Assembly: GCA_017455685.1 (NCBI GenBank) | Contig: JAFSZH010000041.1 | Location: forward strand, 98,545-162,544 | Length of the DNA stretch: 64,000 nt | Reading direction: 5' to 3' | DNA from: Oscillospiraceae bacterium | GTDB taxonomy: Bacteria > Bacillota > Clostridia > Oscillospirales > Oscillospiraceae | Shown: in pieces, positions 10,497-18,220 of the stretch | How positions within the stretch are numbered: the stretch's first letter is position 1 | How the letters are laid out: each line of letters begins with the position of its first letter | Notes under the pieces: generated by a model | Told to the model about the DNA's origin: nothing | Database searches by the model: none | Seen by the model: the letters and a program-made list of their open reading frames with translations, nothing else | Position numbers and translations under genes: made by a program

Positions 10497-10660
10497 TCGT
10501 TTTCTGAAGTCCGGTCGCTGGGGTGTTCGCGTGAATCAACATAGGCAGTTTTGCCGCATAATTCCGGGATTCTTTTTATTTTTGGGAAATGAGGATTCCT
10601 GCTTTTCGCGTAATCTCCCCCCTGTTGCGGGCAGCTGGACCAGACATGCGGGCAGATTTA

Positions 10661-11167
10661 TTATGCGTTGCCGACTCTAAAATCCATAAACAAATCCGCC
10701 AGTTCTTCCGGCGATTCTTTGCAGCCGTTTTTTAACCAAACGTAGTATAGGTTATATAACCCGCCCGCTACAAAGTAACGACTATACAATTCGTTGTGGC
10801 TTTTTGCCTTGGCGGAAAAGATACGATCAAATTCATCTTTGACGTAATGGATAAATCCTGCACTTAATAGCAATTCTCCGAGTTCGCGCTGCTCATACAG
10901 ATGCGTAAAGAGGATGACAAGATAATCATGAAATGGCAGCATGTCGTAATTGACCTTTGTGCGCTCGATAAAGCTGTCCGTGATGTCGTGGAGATAATAC
11001 TGAATAATCTCATCCTTACTCTTGAAGTTACGATAGTAGGTGATATGCGAAAGCTTGGCGCGGTCGGTGATGTCCTTATTGGTAATTTTCGCGTAGTCTT
11101 CTTCACGCATCAGAGAAATCAAGGCTTTAGCTATATCCCGTTTGGACTGTTCGTTCTTTGGCTCCAT
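10661..11167 (-). CDS. TetR/AcrR family transcriptional regulator
   Basis: N-terminal HTH (ITNKDITDRAKLSHITYYRNFKSKDEI). Start taken at MEPKNEQ (ATG at 11167), not the upstream extension. AT-rich. Confidence 0.85.
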   Translation of the reverse strand: MEPKNEQSKRDIAKALISLMREEDYAKITNKDITDRAKLSHITYYRNFKSKDEIIQYYLHDITDSFIERTKVNYDMLPFHDYLVILFTHLYEQRELGELLLSAGFIHYVKDEFDRIFSAKAKSHNELYSRYFVAGGLYNLYYVWLKNGCKESPEELADLFMDFRVGNA

Positions 11168-11184
11168 GTGATATTTCTGCCCCT

Positions 11185-11259
11185 TTTCTAACACTTGTGT
11201 GCAAACCCTTGATTTTCGAATTTTCATGAATATAATTGGTGTTAGAAATATAACACTTG
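11185..11259. promoter_or_regulatory. divergent promoter/operator region (TetR box)
   Basis: TTGATT (11209-14), 16 nt, TATAAT (11231-36), followed at once by the perfect palindrome GTGTTA-N6-TAACAC (11239-11256). TTTCTAACAC (11185-94) is the inverted partner of GTGTTAGAAA (11239-48). Confidence 0.55.
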
Positions 11260-11290
11260 GTGGGCTCCAAGTCAAGGAAGAAGGATATTC

Positions 11291-12460
11291 ATGGCAAAAG
11301 AAAAAGCAAATACAAAAAAGAAGTGGCGGAAGACACTACTTAAAGTGCTGGGCATTCTGGTGGTCGTTGCGCTGGTAATCGGCCTGTTGGTTTACAGCTT
11401 TGTGCTGCAGTATCCCGAATTGAAGGAAAATCCAATCATCGGTAAATGGTATCGCGTATCGGATAGCTCAATGAAGGACTCCGAAGGCGGAAGCTATCAT
11501 GCCTTGTTCAATAAAGGCAGCGAGAATAAGGTCATGATCTATTTTGCCGGTGGCGGGGTCAGTATTAATGATGAAACTGCCCGTGACGATACCTATAACA
11601 CAAAGCTTGTCAAACCTGACATGCTGGCGAACACCACAATGAATATGGGTGGTCTTGCTTCAGATGTCGAGGGCAGTCCGTTTAAAAACTGGAGCATGAT
11701 ACTTTTCCCTTATGCGACGGGAGATTTCCATTCGGGTACGGGCGAGTTTCGTTATACCGATAAGGACGGCAAGGAAAAAATACTTTATCACAACGGCTAC
11801 ACGAATTATTCCGCTGCCATGAAGCAGATCATGGAAAAGGCAGGCATCGAAAACGCCGACACGGTGCTTGTGACAGGATACAGCGCGGGCGGTTGGGGCG
11901 CAGCGATACTTGCAGACGATATTTATACAAACTATTTCCTGAATGCCGCAAACAAAACGCTATTTGTGGATTCTTCTATGGCGTTGTATGATGATTGGCA
12001 TGATACTGCCGTAAATGTATGGCAGTCGCCTAAATCTATCACGGACAATATCAAGACTGATAATCTGACTATGGATATGCTCCGCCATCTTCGTGAGAAA
12101 TACGGCGACGGCATTCATCTTCTCTACGGCACATCAACAAGGGACGGCGATCTTGCAAAGGTCCAGCATTATTTTCAGAACGGCATTATGGACGTTGATG
12201 AAACGGTTGCAGACATTTATCAGCAGACACTGAAAGAGGCAATACCTCAGTTTAAGGAGCTTAACGTCAGCCTGTTTATCTGGGACGGAATCAGCTATTA
12301 TAACGATCCGAGAAATATGACTTCCCACACAATCATTGCAACGCCAGTGGTATGGGTACCGTTCGAGGAGCAGAACAAATCCGTTGCTGAGTGGCTCACC
12401 GACGCAATTGACGGCAATCTGAATGATTACGGTTTAGATCTCGTAAATAAAACCTATTAA
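11291..12460 (+). CDS. membrane-anchored alpha/beta hydrolase, pectin-acetylesterase-like family
   Basis: 389 aa with an N-terminal TM anchor, FAGGGVS, and nucleophile elbow GYSAGG. AT-rich. Divergent from the TetR gene. Confidence 0.65.
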   Translation: MAKEKANTKKKWRKTLLKVLGILVVVALVIGLLVYSFVLQYPELKENPIIGKWYRVSDSSMKDSEGGSYHALFNKGSENKVMIYFAGGGVSINDETARDDTYNTKLVKPDMLANTTMNMGGLASDVEGSPFKNWSMILFPYATGDFHSGTGEFRYTDKDGKEKILYHNGYTNYSAAMKQIMEKAGIENADTVLVTGYSAGGWGAAILADDIYTNYFLNAANKTLFVDSSMALYDDWHDTAVNVWQSPKSITDNIKTDNLTMDMLRHLREKYGDGIHLLYGTSTRDGDLAKVQHYFQNGIMDVDETVADIYQQTLKEAIPQFKELNVSLFIWDGISYYNDPRNMTSHTIIATPVVWVPFEEQNKSVAEWLTDAIDGNLNDYGLDLVNKTY

Positions 12461-12522
12461 AGAAGAACACAGAAAATATAGACGACGATAATCTACCTGA
12501 GTTTTTGACTCTTTTGGAAGCT

Positions 12523-12558
12523 CTGCATAGTTCGACTTGAGCCCCGACAGTCCCACCA
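12523..12558 (+). other. tRNA 3'-end-like fragment (not a functional tRNA)
   Basis: AGTTCGACTtgagCCCCgacagtCCCACCA resembles the tRNA-Leu 3' end GGTTCGACTCCCCatACCCGCACCA. No 5' acceptor complement is present upstream. Confidence 0.3.
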
Positions 12559-12598
12559 AAAAGAATCAGTCACCCGAAAGGGTGGCTGATTTCTTTTT
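12558..12598. terminator. bidirectional intrinsic terminator
   Basis: AAAAAG-AATCAGtCACCC-gaaa-GGGTGgCTGATT-tCTTTTT, with an A-tract on one side and a T-tract on the other. Serves the convergent esterase and DMT genes. Confidence 0.7.
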
Positions 12599-12610
12599 GA
12601 AAGATTGCGT

Positions 12611-12650
12611 GGGATTCGAACCCGAGCGGTAGTGAATGGACTGCCGGGGG
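12611..12650. repeat. copy A of the 34-nt T-loop-like repeat
   Basis: Core 12616-12649, tcgaacccgagcggTagtgaatggaCTgccgggg, is 31/34 identical to 45588-45621. It lies between the DMT stop codon and the terminator. Confidence 0.7.
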
Positions 12651-12659
12651 AGGCCCGGT

Positions 12660-13706
12660 TCAGGATGAATGCCTCGATCCGGGCAAACCCTCAAGCTCTT
12701 TGCTTGAGTGGCGGTGGCCATGCCTGCTGTCCGTAACGTAATGACTGTGCGTATGGGCATGTGTAACCGTGTGCGTATGTGTTGAACCGTCGTGAGTATG
12801 AGTAAACGTATGAACGTGCAGATGCTCGTGCTGACGGATCAGCGTGTCGGCTACTACCAGAGCGGAGCCTGCCAACATGATCGCCAGGGCGGCGATGTAT
12901 CTCCACGACAACGGCTCTTTCAGGAAAACAAAGGATAAAAAAGCTCCGACAAAGGGCGCGGCAGCGTAGTAAGCGCTGGTTTTGGCCGCTCCGAGAGTTC
13001 GCTGTGCCCGGATATAGAGAAAAATACTAAGACCGTATGCCAAAAATCCGAGGAGCATGGCCAGGGCGGCCTGTCCGATCCCCGGCATTTTTTCTTTGAG
13101 GATGAGTGCGATGACCAGCGATCCAAGGCCGGAAAAGACGCCCTTCAATACAACGATCTCAAAGGTGTTTTTGGAAGAAATGTTCCTTGTACAGTTGTTC
13201 TCAAATCCCCAGCAGACAGTCGCCAGCAGCACGTACAATGACCCGTAGGAGAATCTGAGGCTGTCAGTTCCTTCAAAGGAAAGCAGGATGCTTGACAAAG
13301 TAATCAGGGCAATAGCCAGCCACAGTCTTCCTGATACGACTTCCTTGTAGACCAGCAGCGCGATCACTGTCGTCGCTGTGATTTCAAAGTTTCCCAGAAG
13401 CGAGGCGTTCGCGGACGATCCGTGAACGATGCCGAGCATCAGAAGGATCGGCGCCGCAATATCCAGAACGATCATTCCGACGGCAAACGGCAGATCTTTT
13501 TTTGTTAGTCTTTCGGATCTCTCCCGATCTTTCCGGCTGCACAGCGAGAGTATCCCGATACCGATCCCCGCGCCCAGATACAGCAGAGCCGCCATCGTAG
13601 TCGGGCCGACTGTACGCAGCAGGACCTTGGATATCGGAATGCTCATGGAATAAAACACCGCCGCCAGAAAGGCCGATAGAATTGCCTGTATCTTTTGCCT
13701 GTCCAT
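12660..13706 (-). CDS. EamA/DMT family transporter with His-rich C-terminal tail
   Basis: Ten-TM-like profile with two EamA halves. ATG at 13706 follows GGGTGGGA. The tail is HEHLHVHTFTHTHDGSTHTHTVTHAHTHSH... Confidence 0.85.
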   Translation of the reverse strand: MDRQKIQAILSAFLAAVFYSMSIPISKVLLRTVGPTTMAALLYLGAGIGIGILSLCSRKDRERSERLTKKDLPFAVGMIVLDIAAPILLMLGIVHGSSANASLLGNFEITATTVIALLVYKEVVSGRLWLAIALITLSSILLSFEGTDSLRFSYGSLYVLLATVCWGFENNCTRNISSKNTFEIVVLKGVFSGLGSLVIALILKEKMPGIGQAALAMLLGFLAYGLSIFLYIRAQRTLGAAKTSAYYAAAPFVGAFLSFVFLKEPLSWRYIAALAIMLAGSALVVADTLIRQHEHLHVHTFTHTHDGSTHTHTVTHAHTHSHYVTDSRHGHRHSSKELEGLPGSRHSS

Positions 13707-13949
13707 CAATCCCACCCTGTGTTCCGCAGAAATGTGCTTACCGTAAGGGAGTATAGCATGAATCTCGGAATTTAGAAAGACGCATCAGTCCTGTTTATCG
13801 CCGGAATGAAAGAGCTTTTTATTGTTATAGCGATCGCACTATGATTTTATTATAAAATATCCTCGTCTGAATTCCGGTTTATCCGGCCGGAGGGGGCCTT
13901 GTCCAGGCGCGGACTGTGATTTCTCCTTTTTCTGGCGTGCTCCGGCAGG

Positions 13950-13984
13950 ACAGGATCGCTGATCTGAAAGGACAGCGATCCTGT
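13950..13984 (+). other. orphan perfect hairpin (terminator-like)
   Basis: ACAGGATCGCTG, 11-nt loop, CAGCGATCCTGT, then TTCGTT. No ORF lies upstream on either strand. Confidence 0.35.
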
Positions 13985-14007
13985 TTCGTTATATGCGGCC
14001 TCGACTA

Positions 14008-14047
14008 TTGACAAATACGAGAAGTATAATATAATAACACCTGTTAT
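14008..14047 (+). promoter_or_regulatory. promoter plus palindromic operator of the second TetR gene
   Basis: TTGACA (14008-13), 16 nt, TATAAT (14030-35), overlapped by ATAACA-cc-TGTTAT (14034-14047). Confidence 0.5.
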
Positions 14048-14067
14048 AGTATTTGGGGATGATTTCA

Positions 14068-14631
14068 ATGCCAAAGAAACCTTCAACGACAAGGGACTCC
14101 ATGATAGAAGGGGCGTTTCAGCTGATCCGGGAAAAGGGTCACGAGTATCTGACTGCCAGAAACCTTGCCGCCTTCCTCGGCTGCTCTACACAGCCTGTCA
14201 TGTATCAGTTTCCCAATCTGGATACTTTGAGAGACCTGACTTATCAGAAGGCGGACGCGTTTCACAGCGACTTTATTCTGGCAGGCGGGGATCTTCTGGA
14301 GATGGGCCTTCGGTACATCCGGTTTGCGGAAGAGGAACCGCAGCTGTTCCGATTCCTTTTTCAGTCGGGACGGTTTGCCGGCTCCTGCATGGAAGATCTG
14401 ATCAGATCTCCAGAAACAGCCGGCGTCCTTGCTGCGGTGAGTGAAGCGGAAGACCTGACGACGGAGGCCGCGGCGGCCTTCTTTGAGCCCCTGGCGGCTG
14501 TCGTTCACGGGTATGCCAGTCTGATCGCAAACAACGCCATGAAATACGACCCCGAAAACATACGAAAAGCCCTGATTACGATTGCCGAAGGATTGGAAAA
14601 AGGATGGGATGAAAATGACGAAACTCTATAA
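14068..14631 (+). CDS. TetR/AcrR family transcriptional regulator
   Basis: HTH LTARNLAAFLGCSTQPVMYQFPN. Start at ATG 14068, 8 nt after GGGGA. Confidence 0.85.
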   Translation: MPKKPSTTRDSMIEGAFQLIREKGHEYLTARNLAAFLGCSTQPVMYQFPNLDTLRDLTYQKADAFHSDFILAGGDLLEMGLRYIRFAEEEPQLFRFLFQSGRFAGSCMEDLIRSPETAGVLAAVSEAEDLTTEAAAAFFEPLAAVVHGYASLIANNAMKYDPENIRKALITIAEGLEKGWDENDETL

Positions 14632-15349
14632 AAAAAGCGAGGTCACCTTTGCGATCCTGTGGATCGTCGCCTACGTGGTCCTCAGCAGTCTGGCGGATCA
14701 GCTTTCGGAGACGATCGGCGTCACGAAGTCCGTGACCGCCGTGCTCCATATCGCCATGTCTCTGATCCTGTATCTCTGGATACGCAGGAATAACCTCAGC
14801 GAGAAATACGGCTTCCGAAGATCTGCTGTACCTGCGAAGCGGTTTCTGTATTACCTGCCGCTGGTCGTTGTTGCTTCAACCGCCTTTTGGGACGGGATCG
14901 AGCCGCAGGAAGGCTTTCCGGGTGCGGCGCTGTTTTTCATAAGCATGTGCTGCGTCGGCTTCCTGGAGGAAGTCATCTTCCGCGGGCTGCTGTTCAGGGC
15001 CATGGAAAAGGACAACCTGAAAACAGCCGTTATCGTATCCTCGCTGACGTTCGGCCTCGGCCACATCGTGAATCTGTTCAACGGGAGCGGAAGGGATCCG
15101 GCGTCTTCCGTGATACAGATCGTATTTGCCGTTCTGGTCGGCTTCGTGCTGGTGATGATCTTCTATCACGGGAGATCCATGATTCCGTGCATCCTGTTCC
15201 ATTCAGCCAACAATGCGCTCAAGGTGTTTTCCGCAGAGAGCAGCCTGACGCCGCAGATGGATATGGTGCTCAATCTTGTTGTGATCGTCGTCGTCCTGGG
15301 AGGTTATTCCCTCTATCTTGTCAAAACATTCTCCCGAAAGACAAAGTAA
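14609..15349 (+). CDS. CPBP (CAAX/Abi) family intramembrane glutamic endopeptidase
   Basis: Motifs EEVIFRGLLF, FGLGHIVN and FHSANN in a multi-TM protein. The start overlaps the TetR 3' end by 23 nt. Confidence 0.85.
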   Translation: MKMTKLYKKSEVTFAILWIVAYVVLSSLADQLSETIGVTKSVTAVLHIAMSLILYLWIRRNNLSEKYGFRRSAVPAKRFLYYLPLVVVASTAFWDGIEPQEGFPGAALFFISMCCVGFLEEVIFRGLLFRAMEKDNLKTAVIVSSLTFGLGHIVNLFNGSGRDPASSVIQIVFAVLVGFVLVMIFYHGRSMIPCILFHSANNALKVFSAESSLTPQMDMVLNLVVIVVVLGGYSLYLVKTFSRKTK

Positions 15350-15392
15350 ACGCAAAGCAGTAATTCTATACCGGCGTACGTCAGCCGATTAC

Positions 15393-15428
15393 AAAACCCC
15401 GTCCGCGGACGGGGTTTTGTTTATTTCG
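15393..15428 (+). terminator. intrinsic terminator
   Basis: AAAACCCCGTCC-gcg-GACGGGGTTTT followed by GTTTATTT. Confidence 0.75.
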
Positions 15429-15472
15429 GAAGCCTCGCGGGATCCGGTGCGGAGTGCCTGACGCAACCTAAA

Positions 15473-15538
15473 ATAACACAAAACACATATTTATGTTATT
15501 TGCAGTTGGTTGTAAATAGCGCAACCAGGCGTTACAAT
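15473..15538 (+). promoter_or_regulatory. promoter region of the ABC operon with inverted repeat
   Basis: ATAACA (15473-78), N15, TGTTAT (15494-99). Then TTGTAA (15510-15), 17 nt, TACAAT (15533-38). Confidence 0.45.
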
Positions 15539-15569
15539 AATCGCAGAAATCAAACTTAAGGAGGTTTCC

Positions 15570-16292
15570 ATGAGCATCGTTGAAGTGCGGGGGCTCGTAA
15601 AAAAGTATCCCTCGTTTGAACTGAAGGAAGTATCCTTCACCGTGGACGCCGGGCGCATTACCGGCTTTATCGGCAGGAACGGCGCCGGGAAGACCACAAC
15701 TATCAAATCCATGCTGAATCTCGTCCACCCCGACGGCGGTGAGGTCATCTATTTCGGCAAACCGCTGATGGGGAATGAAACGGAGATCAAAAAGCACATC
15801 GGCTATTCCACCGGCGTCGTCAACTGGTATCCGAGAAAGAAGATCCGGGACATCGTGGATATCGTGAAGCGGTTTTACGATACGTGGGACGATGAGGCGT
15901 ACAAAAAATATCTGGCCATGTTCCGGCTGGACGAGTCGAAAACGCCTCTGGAGCTGTCCGAGGGCATGAAGGTGAAGTTCAATCTTCTCGTCGCCCTGTC
16001 CCACAGGGCCGAGGTGCTGATCCTGGATGAGCCCACCAGCGGCCTGGACCCCTTCTCCCGGAATGAGCTTCTCGAGGTCTTTGAAGATCTGAAAAAAGAC
16101 GGCGTGGCGGTGTTCTTCTCCACGCATATCATCTCCGATATCGAGAAATGCGCCGACGACATCGTTTACATTTCCGGCGGACGGATCGTGGCAGCCGTGC
16201 CCAAGGCGGACTTCATTGAAAAGCACGCCGCGCCGGGCGAGACGCTGGAGGACATCATGCTGAGAATGGAAAGAGGTGAGGGTAATGCGTAA
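15570..16292 (+). CDS. ABC transporter ATP-binding protein
   Basis: Walker A GRNGAGKTT, signature LSEGMK, Walker B LILDEPTSGLD. AAGGAGG RBS. Confidence 0.92.
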   Translation: MSIVEVRGLVKKYPSFELKEVSFTVDAGRITGFIGRNGAGKTTTIKSMLNLVHPDGGEVIYFGKPLMGNETEIKKHIGYSTGVVNWYPRKKIRDIVDIVKRFYDTWDDEAYKKYLAMFRLDESKTPLELSEGMKVKFNLLVALSHRAEVLILDEPTSGLDPFSRNELLEVFEDLKKDGVAVFFSTHIISDIEKCADDIVYISGGRIVAAVPKADFIEKHAAPGETLEDIMLRMERGEGNA

Positions 16293-16938
16293 TATCATGC
16301 GGAAAGAGCTGAAGCTCAGCTCGTCGCCGCTGGCGTTTTTGTTCATCGCCTTCGGAGCGATGTTCATGCTGCCCGGCTATCCGATCCTGTGCGGCGCGTT
16401 TTTCGTGACCATGGGCTTGTTCCAGAGCTTCCAGACGGCCAGAGAGGCCAATGATATCGTGTTTTCCGCCCTGCTGCCCATCGCGAAGAAGGACGTGGTC
16501 AAGGGCCGGTTCATGTTCGTCTGCTTTATCGAGCTCTGCGGTCTGCTGCTGATGCTCTGCTCGGTGATCGTGAGAATGACGGTTCTGTCCGGGGCAGGGC
16601 CGTACACCGCCAACGCGCTGATGAACGCCAATTTCTTCGCTTTGGCAGGCGCGCTGCTGATCTTCGGATTGTTCAATCTGATCTTCGTGGCCGGGTTTTA
16701 CAAGACCGCGTATAAGATCGGCAAGCCCTTCGTGATCTATATCATCGCGACTTTTCTTACCATCCTGGTCTTTGAGGCCGTCCACCACGTCCCCGGTCTC
16801 GGGGCCGTGAACGCATTTGGCACGGACCATCTGGGGCTGCAGCTCATTTTGCTGGCCGCGGGGCTGCTCACATACGTCCTTCTGACGGCGGCTGCGTATA
16901 AGAAAGCCTGCCGTTCCTTTGAAAAGATCGATCTTTAA
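16285..16938 (+). CDS. ABC-2 type transporter permease
   Basis: About 217 aa, 6-TM profile. ATG 16285 follows GAGGTGAGGG and overlaps the ATPase stop. Confidence 0.8.
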   Translation: MRNIMRKELKLSSSPLAFLFIAFGAMFMLPGYPILCGAFFVTMGLFQSFQTAREANDIVFSALLPIAKKDVVKGRFMFVCFIELCGLLLMLCSVIVRMTVLSGAGPYTANALMNANFFALAGALLIFGLFNLIFVAGFYKTAYKIGKPFVIYIIATFLTILVFEAVHHVPGLGAVNAFGTDHLGLQLILLAAGLLTYVLLTAAAYKKACRSFEKIDL

Positions 16939-16951
16939 GGAGGGGCCCGGC

Positions 16952-17377
16952 ATGCTCAAAGACAATCTTATGATGCTCCGGAAGCTGAACGGCTATTCCC
17001 AGGAGGAGCTGGCGGAGAAGATCGGCATTTCCCGTCAGGCGTACGCCAAGTGGGAGAGCGGCGCCACGATCCCCGACGTGGAGAAGTGCGGCCTGCTGGC
17101 GGAGGTATACGGTACCACCATCGACGGCCTTGTCAAAACCGAAACGGTGGAGGGCATGGGCGTAGTCCCGCCGGCGCCCAGAGGGAAAAGCGTATGGGGT
17201 TCTGTCACGATCAACGACAGGGGACAGATCGTCATCCCCAAGGGGGCGAGAGATCAGTACGGCCTCACGGGAGGTCAGAGGCTGATCGTCGCCGGAGACG
17301 AGGTGGGGATCGCGCTGATCCCGGCGAGTGTGTTCGAAGAAAAGATGAAACAGGCCCTGGACCTGATCTACAATTAG
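16952..17377 (+). CDS. XRE-family HTH fused to SpoVT/AbrB-type domain regulator
   Basis: N-terminus LRKLNGYSQEELAEKIGISRQAYAKWESG. C-terminus VTINDRGQIVIPKGARDQYGL (AbrB looped-hinge-helix type). AAGGAGG before ATG 16952. Confidence 0.8.
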   Translation: MLKDNLMMLRKLNGYSQEELAEKIGISRQAYAKWESGATIPDVEKCGLLAEVYGTTIDGLVKTETVEGMGVVPPAPRGKSVWGSVTINDRGQIVIPKGARDQYGLTGGQRLIVAGDEVGIALIPASVFEEKMKQALDLIYN

Positions 17378-17399
17378 AATACCGGAGAGCCATGAGCCA

Positions 17400-17431
17400 A
17401 AGCCCGGTCTGCAGCGAAGCGGACCGGGCTT
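17400..17431 (+). terminator. possible terminator (weak U-tract)
   Basis: AAGCCCGGTC, 12-nt loop, GACCGGGCTT, followed by ATTGCG. Confidence 0.4.
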
Positions 17432-17515
17432 ATTGCGTCTGAAAGGTTGGGTTTGCCGCGATGAAATATATATGGTATAATCCTTATAAAAATCATGGGG
17501 CAGGGAGGAAACCGC

Positions 17516-18157
17516 ATGGAGCCCGCCAGCGTCTTTTATACCAGCGACCGGAACGAGTGGCGCGCCTGGCTGGAAAGTCATTTCGAAACCGAGCCGGACG
17601 TGTGGTTCGTATTTCCCATGAAGGGCTCAGGGGAACCGGCGCTCTCCTATAACGACGCCGTGGAGGAAGCCCTTTGCTTCGGCTGGATCGACAGCACCAT
17701 CAAGCACATCGACCCGCTCCACAGAGCCCAGCACTTCACGCCCCGCAGACCGGGCAGCCCCTATTCCCGGCCGAATATCGAGCGGCTTCTCTGGCTGGAC
17801 CGGAGGGGGATGATCCATCCGAGGGTAAGGACGGAGCTCAAGGGCGTTCTGGAAAAGGAATTCGTCTTTCCGGAGGATATCCTTGCCGCTTTGCGGCAGG
17901 ATGAACGGGCGTGGGAGAACTATTCCGCCTTCTCCGAGCCGTATAAGCGGATCCGCGTGGCCTATATCGACGCCGCCCGGTCCCGCCCGGAGGAGTTCCG
18001 GAAACGCCTTGCCAACTTCCTGCGCAAAACGAGGGAGGGGAAGCTGATCATGGGCTACGGCGGCGTGGATAAATACTATTCCGCACCGGGATCTCTCGAA
18101 CAGGAAACGGCCGGGCAGACAAATACTTGCAAAAAAACGGAAATAGTGTTAACATAA
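17516..18157 (+). CDS. YdeI/OmpD-associated (bacteriocin-protection) family protein
   Basis: Shows the ALCFGWIDS..R.QHFTPRRPGS.YS pattern of the YdeI family. GGGAGG before ATG 17516, and an extended -10 TGgTATAAT at 17472-17480. Confidence 0.7.
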   Translation: MEPASVFYTSDRNEWRAWLESHFETEPDVWFVFPMKGSGEPALSYNDAVEEALCFGWIDSTIKHIDPLHRAQHFTPRRPGSPYSRPNIERLLWLDRRGMIHPRVRTELKGVLEKEFVFPEDILAALRQDERAWENYSAFSEPYKRIRVAYIDAARSRPEEFRKRLANFLRKTREGKLIMGYGGVDKYYSAPGSLEQETAGQTNTCKKTEIVLT

Positions 18158-18220
18158 ATCGTTAAATCATATATTGAAATGGCCGCGTCGTCGGCCAATC
18201 CGATAAGGGAGAGGATCCAC

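Noticed and set aside
10353-10544. 63-aa + strand ORF covering tRNA-Ala, and the 80-aa ORF 45463-45705 covering tRNA-Leu
   Set aside because: The DNA folds into canonical tRNAs with terminators, so the ORFs are artefacts of reading through structural RNA.
10600-10640. Direct 9-nt repeat TGCGGGCAG x2 downstream of the first TetR gene
   Set aside because: It is short, occurs only twice, has no hairpin potential and no flanking feature. Considered chance.
12481-12558. Possible genuine tRNA ending in CCCACCA
   Set aside because: No 5' acceptor strand complementary to CAGTCCC is present, no proper T arm can be drawn around GTTCGAC, and no anticodon arm is present. Kept only as a tRNA-like fragment.
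13850-14092. 80-aa minus-strand ORF in the DMT/TetR intergenic region
   Set aside because: It starts inside the TetR coding region, runs across the TetR promoter and the orphan hairpin, and has no RBS or motifs.
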